The translations under genes and the position numbers were made by a program. Below, in pieces: positions 59,417 through 64,000 of a stretch of DNA of 64,000 nt. The stretch comes from Longimicrobiales bacterium (lineage in GTDB: Bacteria > Gemmatimonadota > Gemmatimonadetes > Longimicrobiales > Gaopeijiaceae), in contig CAXXKM010000001.1 in assembly GCA_963664435.2 (NCBI GenBank), positions 1,248,001-1,312,000 on the forward strand, in the 5' to 3' direction. The first letter of the stretch is position 1, and each line of letters begins with the position of its first letter. The notes below the pieces were generated by a model that was not told the origin of the DNA, made no database searches, and saw only the letters and a list, made by a program, of their open reading frames with translations.

Positions 59417-60108
59417 AGCTGCCCTGGCAGGCACTCGAGTCGGGGCGCAAGTCGACCCCGATGCTCGCCGCGCTTGCGCTTGCGGTCGTTCTCTGGGTCG
59501 TCGTGCAGATGGAGCAGCCGGAGCGCCGGGCCTTCGACGGCGTCCCGGTTCGCGTGCAACTGAACGATCCACAGTGGGCGGTCGCGGGCACCCCGGCGCC
59601 CACCAGCGCGACCGTGCGGCTGGCGGGCACCGCCCGTCAACTCCTGCGCCTCGCCGGAAACCAGCCTTCCATCATGGTCCCCGTGGATGCCGTGGGCTCC
59701 GCCGACACGACCCTCGTGATCGATCGCAACTGGGTGCGATTGCAGGGCATTGAAGGAGTGGTCGTCGAAGCCGTGGAGCCGGCGGCGGTCTCGGTCGCCT
59801 TCGAACCCATGGTCGCCGTCGAAGTGCCCGTCGCACCCACCGTGGTCGGCGTCCCGCGCAACGACTTGACGCTGGTTGCGCCCCCCACCGCATCCCCCTC
59901 TTCCATTCGCGTCATCGGGCCGGCAAGCAGGGTCGCGGAACTGCGCACCATCCGCCTCGACCCCGTCGACCTGTCTCGCATGGAGCAGTCGCAGGTGGTG
60001 CGGGTGGGCGTGGGCAACGGCATCTCGGGCGAGTTGATCAGCTTTTCCCCGGACACGGTCGAGGTGTGGGTCGAGCTGGCCAGCCGACAGGGGTCGCAGG
60101 GGCGGTGA
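59413..60108 (+). CDS. CdaR/YbbR-like domain protein (start uncertain: CTG 59413 or ATG 59461)
   Basis: ALALAVVLWVVV anchor, then YbbR-like repeats (VRLAG, EPAAVSV, PSSIRVIGP, PVDL, PDTVEV). Confidence 0.75.
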   Translation: MKLPWQALESGRKSTPMLAALALAVVLWVVVQMEQPERRAFDGVPVRVQLNDPQWAVAGTPAPTSATVRLAGTARQLLRLAGNQPSIMVPVDAVGSADTTLVIDRNWVRLQGIEGVVVEAVEPAAVSVAFEPMVAVEVPVAPTVVGVPRNDLTLVAPPTASPSSIRVIGPASRVAELRTIRLDPVDLSRMEQSQVVRVGVGNGISGELISFSPDTVEVWVELASRQGSQGR

Positions 60109-61148
60109 GCGATCTCCTCGTTCTCGGCATCGAGACCAGTTGCGACGAGACTTCGGCGGCTGTTCTCCACGGCGCGCACGATCTCCGCTCGCACGTCATC
60201 CTTTCCCAGGACATGCACGCCGTCTACGGCGGCGTGGTTCCGGAGCTCGCGGCGCGGGCCCATCTCCAGGTGGTGGACGATGTCGTGGGGCGCGCGCTGG
60301 ACGACGCCGGCTGCATGCTGGCGGAACTCGACGGCATCGGCGTCACCGCCGGGCCCGGGCTGATCGGAGCCCTGCTGGTGGGGGTGTGCTGGGCGAAGGC
60401 GGCCGCGTACGCGTCGGGGGTCCCCGTCGTGGGCGTGCACCACATGGAGGCCCACCTGTTCGCGCCCCACATCGAGGATTCCGCCGCGGAACCGCCCTTC
60501 GTGGCCCTTCTCGTCTCCGGCGGACACACACTGCTCCTCCACGCGACCGCATGGGGAGAATACCGGCTGCTGGGACGGACCCGCGACGACGCGGCCGGAG
60601 AAGCGTTCGACAAGGTGGCGCGCCTGCTCGGGCTGCCGTATCCGGGTGGAGCTCCGCTCGAGGCGCTCGCGAGGGAGGGGGATCCGGAGCGGTATTCGTT
60701 CCCGCGGCCGCTGCTCGCATCGTCCGGAAAACCGGACCGGGCGGAGTCCATGGACTTCTCCTTCAGCGGGCTCAAGACGGCCGTTGCGACCCAGGTTGCC
60801 GCACTCGAGGCGAACGGTGGCCTCAACGCCGAACGCGCCCACGTGGCCGCGTCCTTCCAGGCGGCGGTCAACGACGTTCTTGCGACTCGAACGGCGCAGG
60901 CGGTGGAGCGTACGGGCACCGACCGGATTCTGGTGGCCGGGGGCGTGTCGGCAAACAGCGCGTTGCGCCGGGAGTTGCGCAGGCGGCATCCCTCCGAAGT
61001 CCGGCTCTTTCACGCAACGCCCCGGTTGTCGGTGGACAACGGGGCCATGGTCGCGCGTGCGGCCGCCTTTCGCCTGGGCCTGGGCGAAAGCTCGGACCTC
61101 GATCTCTCGGCCGACGCCTCGCTCCCCTTCCCCGGCCTGCGCGAATGA
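60105..61148 (+). CDS. tsaD: tRNA N6-threonylcarbamoyltransferase TsaD
   Basis: LGIETSCDETSAA, GGVVPELA, HHMEAH, VSGGHT, DDAAGEAFDK, FSFSGLKT, DNGAM. Confidence 0.96.
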   Translation: MSDLLVLGIETSCDETSAAVLHGAHDLRSHVILSQDMHAVYGGVVPELAARAHLQVVDDVVGRALDDAGCMLAELDGIGVTAGPGLIGALLVGVCWAKAAAYASGVPVVGVHHMEAHLFAPHIEDSAAEPPFVALLVSGGHTLLLHATAWGEYRLLGRTRDDAAGEAFDKVARLLGLPYPGGAPLEALAREGDPERYSFPRPLLASSGKPDRAESMDFSFSGLKTAVATQVAALEANGGLNAERAHVAASFQAAVNDVLATRTAQAVERTGTDRILVAGGVSANSALRRELRRRHPSEVRLFHATPRLSVDNGAMVARAAAFRLGLGESSDLDLSADASLPFPGLRE

Positions 61149-61236
61149 CGCCCGCCTCTCCCGCAGCCATCCATGGGCCGGCACGCCCGACGCCTCGGCG
61201 CGCCGGCCCGACACCACCCTGAACCCACGGGGAATC

Positions 61237-62097
61237 GTGTATCCAATCCTGTTTCGCTTTCCCGAATGGGTGCCGTTTCTCGGCGGAGAACCGGTCACCT
61301 CCTTCGGGGTCATGCTCTTTCTCGCCTTCCTGGCCGCCGGCTATCTGCTGCGCGCGCGGATGAGCGAGACCGGCATCCATCCCGATCGTGCCTGGGACCT
61401 CGTGTTCGCCGCGGTGATCGGCGGGATCGTCGGAGCCAAGCTCTACTACGTATTCCTCAACTTCCCGAGGCTCGTCGAGAATCCGCGCTTTCTGTTCGCG
61501 CGCGGCGGGCTGGTCTGGTACGGCGGCTTCCTCGGCGGGACCCTGGCGGTCCTGTACCAGATGAGGCGACTCGGCCTCCGCGTGCCCCGGACGCTCGACC
61601 TCTGCGCCCCGAGCATGGCGGTGGCGTACGCGGTGGGGCGGCTCGGGTGCTTCCTGGTCGGGGACGACTACGGCCGCCCGACGGCCTCGTGGGTGGGGAT
61701 CCGCTTTCCACAGGGTTCACCGCCAAGTTCGGTGGACAACCTGGCGCGTTTCGGCATCGAGGTGGATCCGGCTCTGGTGGAAGCCTACGGGCAGATCGTG
61801 CCCGTTCATCCCACCCAGCTCTACGAGATCGCCATGGCGATGGTGATCTTCGCGATCGTCTGGCGCCTCCGGAACACCGCGCATCCCCCCGGGTGGGTGT
61901 TCGCGCTGTGGCTGTCGCTGGCCTCGGCCGCGCGCTTCCTGGTCGAGTTCGTGCGCGCCAAGGACGACCGCTTCCTGGGCAACCTGACGGTCGCGCAGGT
62001 CATCAGCCTCGCACTGATCGCGGCAGCGGTGACGGCGATGGTCCGTCTCGCGTCCCGGAACGGTGGATCGCACCCAAAAACGGCGAGGGCGCCGTGA
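61237..62097 (+). CDS. lgt: Prolipoprotein diacylglyceryl transferase
   Basis: GAKLYY, GGLVWYGG, GRLGCFLVGDDYG, HPTQLYE, RFLVEFVR. Confidence 0.93.
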   Translation: MYPILFRFPEWVPFLGGEPVTSFGVMLFLAFLAAGYLLRARMSETGIHPDRAWDLVFAAVIGGIVGAKLYYVFLNFPRLVENPRFLFARGGLVWYGGFLGGTLAVLYQMRRLGLRVPRTLDLCAPSMAVAYAVGRLGCFLVGDDYGRPTASWVGIRFPQGSPPSSVDNLARFGIEVDPALVEAYGQIVPVHPTQLYEIAMAMVIFAIVWRLRNTAHPPGWVFALWLSLASAARFLVEFVRAKDDRFLGNLTVAQVISLALIAAAVTAMVRLASRNGGSHPKTARAP

Positions 62098-62963
62098 GCG
62101 GTCGCGGCCGCGCGTTCACCATCCTTCACGGCTCGGATCTGCACTTCGGGCGGCCGCACGCGCCTGCCGCGGCCAAAGACTTCCTCACGCTGGCGCACTC
62201 CCTCTCGCCCGACCTGGTCGCCCTATCGGGCGACTTCACCCAGCGCGCCAAGAACCGCGAATACGAGGCGGCGGCCGCGTACCTGAAGCGCCTTCCACAG
62301 GTCCCCCTGGTGGTCACGCCCGGCAACCACGACGTGCCCCTGTACCGCCTCTGGGAGCGCGCTTCCGCCCCCTTCCGCAACTACCGGCGCTGGATCGCCA
62401 GCGAACTCGACAGCGAACACGACCTGGGCGGGGCGGTGGTGGTCGCACTCAATACCACCAGGCCCGACCGCGCGATCGTGAACGGCAACGTCGACGACGC
62501 GCAGCTGGAACGCGCGGCGGCGGCGTTCGCCCGCGCCGGAAACGGCGGCCTGCGCGCGCTGGTGGTGCACCACGCGCTGGTCGGCGCGCCCGAAGGGGAT
62601 CACATCGCGCCCCTCCCCGGCGCCCGGCGCATCGTTCGCCGGCTTGCCGGGATGGGCGTGGAGCTGGTGCTTTTCGGCCATCTGCATCGCGCCTTTGTCT
62701 CGGAGGGCGTGCCCAACGGCGCGGCGGACGGGGATGCTCCCGTGCTGCTGGTGTGCAGCGGCACCACGGCGTCCGACCGGGGACGCGGATGCGAGAAGGG
62801 CAGGAACAGCTGCAACCTGGTGCGGGTTGCGAACGACAGGATCGCGGTGACCCGCTATCTGCGGTCCTCCGCGGCCGACGGCTTCCGGCCGGCTGCGCGA
62901 GAGACCTTCCCCCGGCGCGACGTCGCGCACCCACGGTCGCCGGGTATCGCGAGCAGCGCGTGA
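62094..62963 (+). CDS. Calcineurin-like metallophosphoesterase (CpdA/Icc-like)
   Basis: SDLHFG, SGDFTQ, PGNHD, HH, GHLH. Confidence 0.9.
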   Translation: MSGRGRAFTILHGSDLHFGRPHAPAAAKDFLTLAHSLSPDLVALSGDFTQRAKNREYEAAAAYLKRLPQVPLVVTPGNHDVPLYRLWERASAPFRNYRRWIASELDSEHDLGGAVVVALNTTRPDRAIVNGNVDDAQLERAAAAFARAGNGGLRALVVHHALVGAPEGDHIAPLPGARRIVRRLAGMGVELVLFGHLHRAFVSEGVPNGAADGDAPVLLVCSGTTASDRGRGCEKGRNSCNLVRVANDRIAVTRYLRSSAADGFRPAARETFPRRDVAHPRSPGIASSA

Positions 62964-64000
62964 CTCGAGCCTGGTCGCGACGCGGGCATTCTTCGCCCAG
63001 GGTGAGATCGCACCGCCCGGCGGGGACCCGGACCTTCATCGCGCTCCTCCCCGCCCTGCTCGCCGCGGCGATCCCCGCCTCGGCGGCCCAGGGCGAACTG
63101 GAAGAGGTCACCGCGCTCCGCTTCGAGGGCAACGAGGTCTTCTCCGACCGCGTGCTGAGCGCCTCCATCATGACGCGGCCCACCGAGTGCCGGGGACTGC
63201 TGCTCAAGTTCTTCTGCTGGTCGGGAAGCTCCTTTGCCGTGGATGAGCGTTTCCTCGGCCCGCGCGAATTCGAACGCGACGTGGTGCGCCTGCGCCTGTT
63301 CTACTACCGGCACGGTTACCGGGAAGCCTTCATCACGCCGACTCTCAACCGCACCGGAGAAGGGGTTCAGATCACGTTCCGCATCGAAGAGGGGATGCCC
63401 GTGCTCATCGACTCCCTGGCGTTCAACGGACTCGATCCGCCCGCCGACCTGGATCTCCTCGACGACCTTCCGGTGCGCATGGGAGAACCGCTCGACCAGA
63501 TGGCGCTGGGGGCGGCCCGCGATTCCCTTACGATCCGGCTGCGCAACGCCGGCTACGCCCACGCCGAAGTCCTTCTCGACATCCTGATCCCGGCTGCGGA
63601 GCCGTATGGCGCGCGCGTCAACTTCAACGTCTTCAAGGGAACTCCGGCACGCTTCGGACCCATCTCGATCGAGGGAAACGAAAGAGTGGATCAGGGCGTC
63701 ATACTGGGCATGATTCCCTTCCGCGAAGGAAGCGCCTACGACGCCGAACTCGTTTTCGACGCCCGGCGCAACCTCTACGGCATGGAGGTCTTCAGCAATG
63801 TCGCGGTAACGGAGGAACTGGACGCGCAGCCGGACAGCGTAATCCCGGTCTCGGTCACGGTCGTCGAGGGCGACATTCATCGATATCGCGCGGGAGCCGG
63901 CTGGAGCACGGCCGACTGCGTCAACGGTGAAGCCAGCTGGACCAGCCGCAATTTCTCCGGGGGCGGACGCCGCCTGCAATTGCTCGGACGGCTGTCGAAC
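62960..64000 (+). CDS. BamA/TamA family outer-membrane protein, N-terminal POTRA region (runs off the window; absent from the ORF track)
   Basis: Open from GTG 62960: signal peptide, EVTALRFEGNEVFSD, RDVVRLRLFYYRHGYREA, LRNAGYAHA, FGPISIEGNE, RNFSGGGRRL. Confidence 0.88.
   Translation, partial: MTRAWSRRGHSSPRVRSHRPAGTRTFIALLPALLAAAIPASAAQGELEEVTALRFEGNEVFSDRVLSASIMTRPTECRGLLLKFFCWSGSSFAVDERFLGPREFERDVVRLRLFYYRHGYREAFITPTLNRTGEGVQITFRIEEGMPVLIDSLAFNGLDPPADLDLLDDLPVRMGEPLDQMALGAARDSLTIRLRNAGYAHAEVLLDILIPAAEPYGARVNFNVFKGTPARFGPISIEGNERVDQGVILGMIPFREGSAYDAELVFDARRNLYGMEVFSNVAVTEELDAQPDSVIPVSVTVVEGDIHRYRAGAGWSTADCVNGEASWTSRNFSGGGRRLQLLGRLSN

Overview
GC-rich, gene-dense bacterial chromosome segment. 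Gene content (Gemmatimonadota-style SusC/SusD pair, barrel-less TonB-plug protein, EF-G2, ruvCAB-queA-tgt-yajC-def-fmt-thi-rsmB-PASTA order) suggests Gemmatimonadota; this is inference only. About 60 CDS; I saw no rRNA, tRNA, CRISPR array, transposase or integrase. The left half (1-30.7 kb) is mixed and accessory: c-type cytochromes, an AAA_14/DUF4143 ATPase-nuclease, a Tat amidohydrolase, SusC/SusD, a squalene-synthase-like gene, a Zn metalloprotease, MATE, an Sdh1-type succinate dehydrogenase, UdgB, an oxidoreductase-SelD fusion, panE, fumC and a decayed hipBA. The right half (30.9-64 kb) is an almost uninterrupted + strand housekeeping run from apgM to a partial BamA/TamA gene. The strongest non-coding signals are: (i) an exactly 23-bp-periodic TTA-N7-GGTGA-N8 array upstream of the ATPase-nuclease gene; (ii) three TTCCCGATCGGGAA-type palindromes spaced exactly 50 bp apart upstream of hipB, whose hipA partner appears to have lost its kinase domain by internal deletion; (iii) two GGAAC-N18-GTAG candidate ECF promoters before the anti-sigma gene. 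All calls come from reading motifs by eye, without database searches, and several start codons are best guesses.
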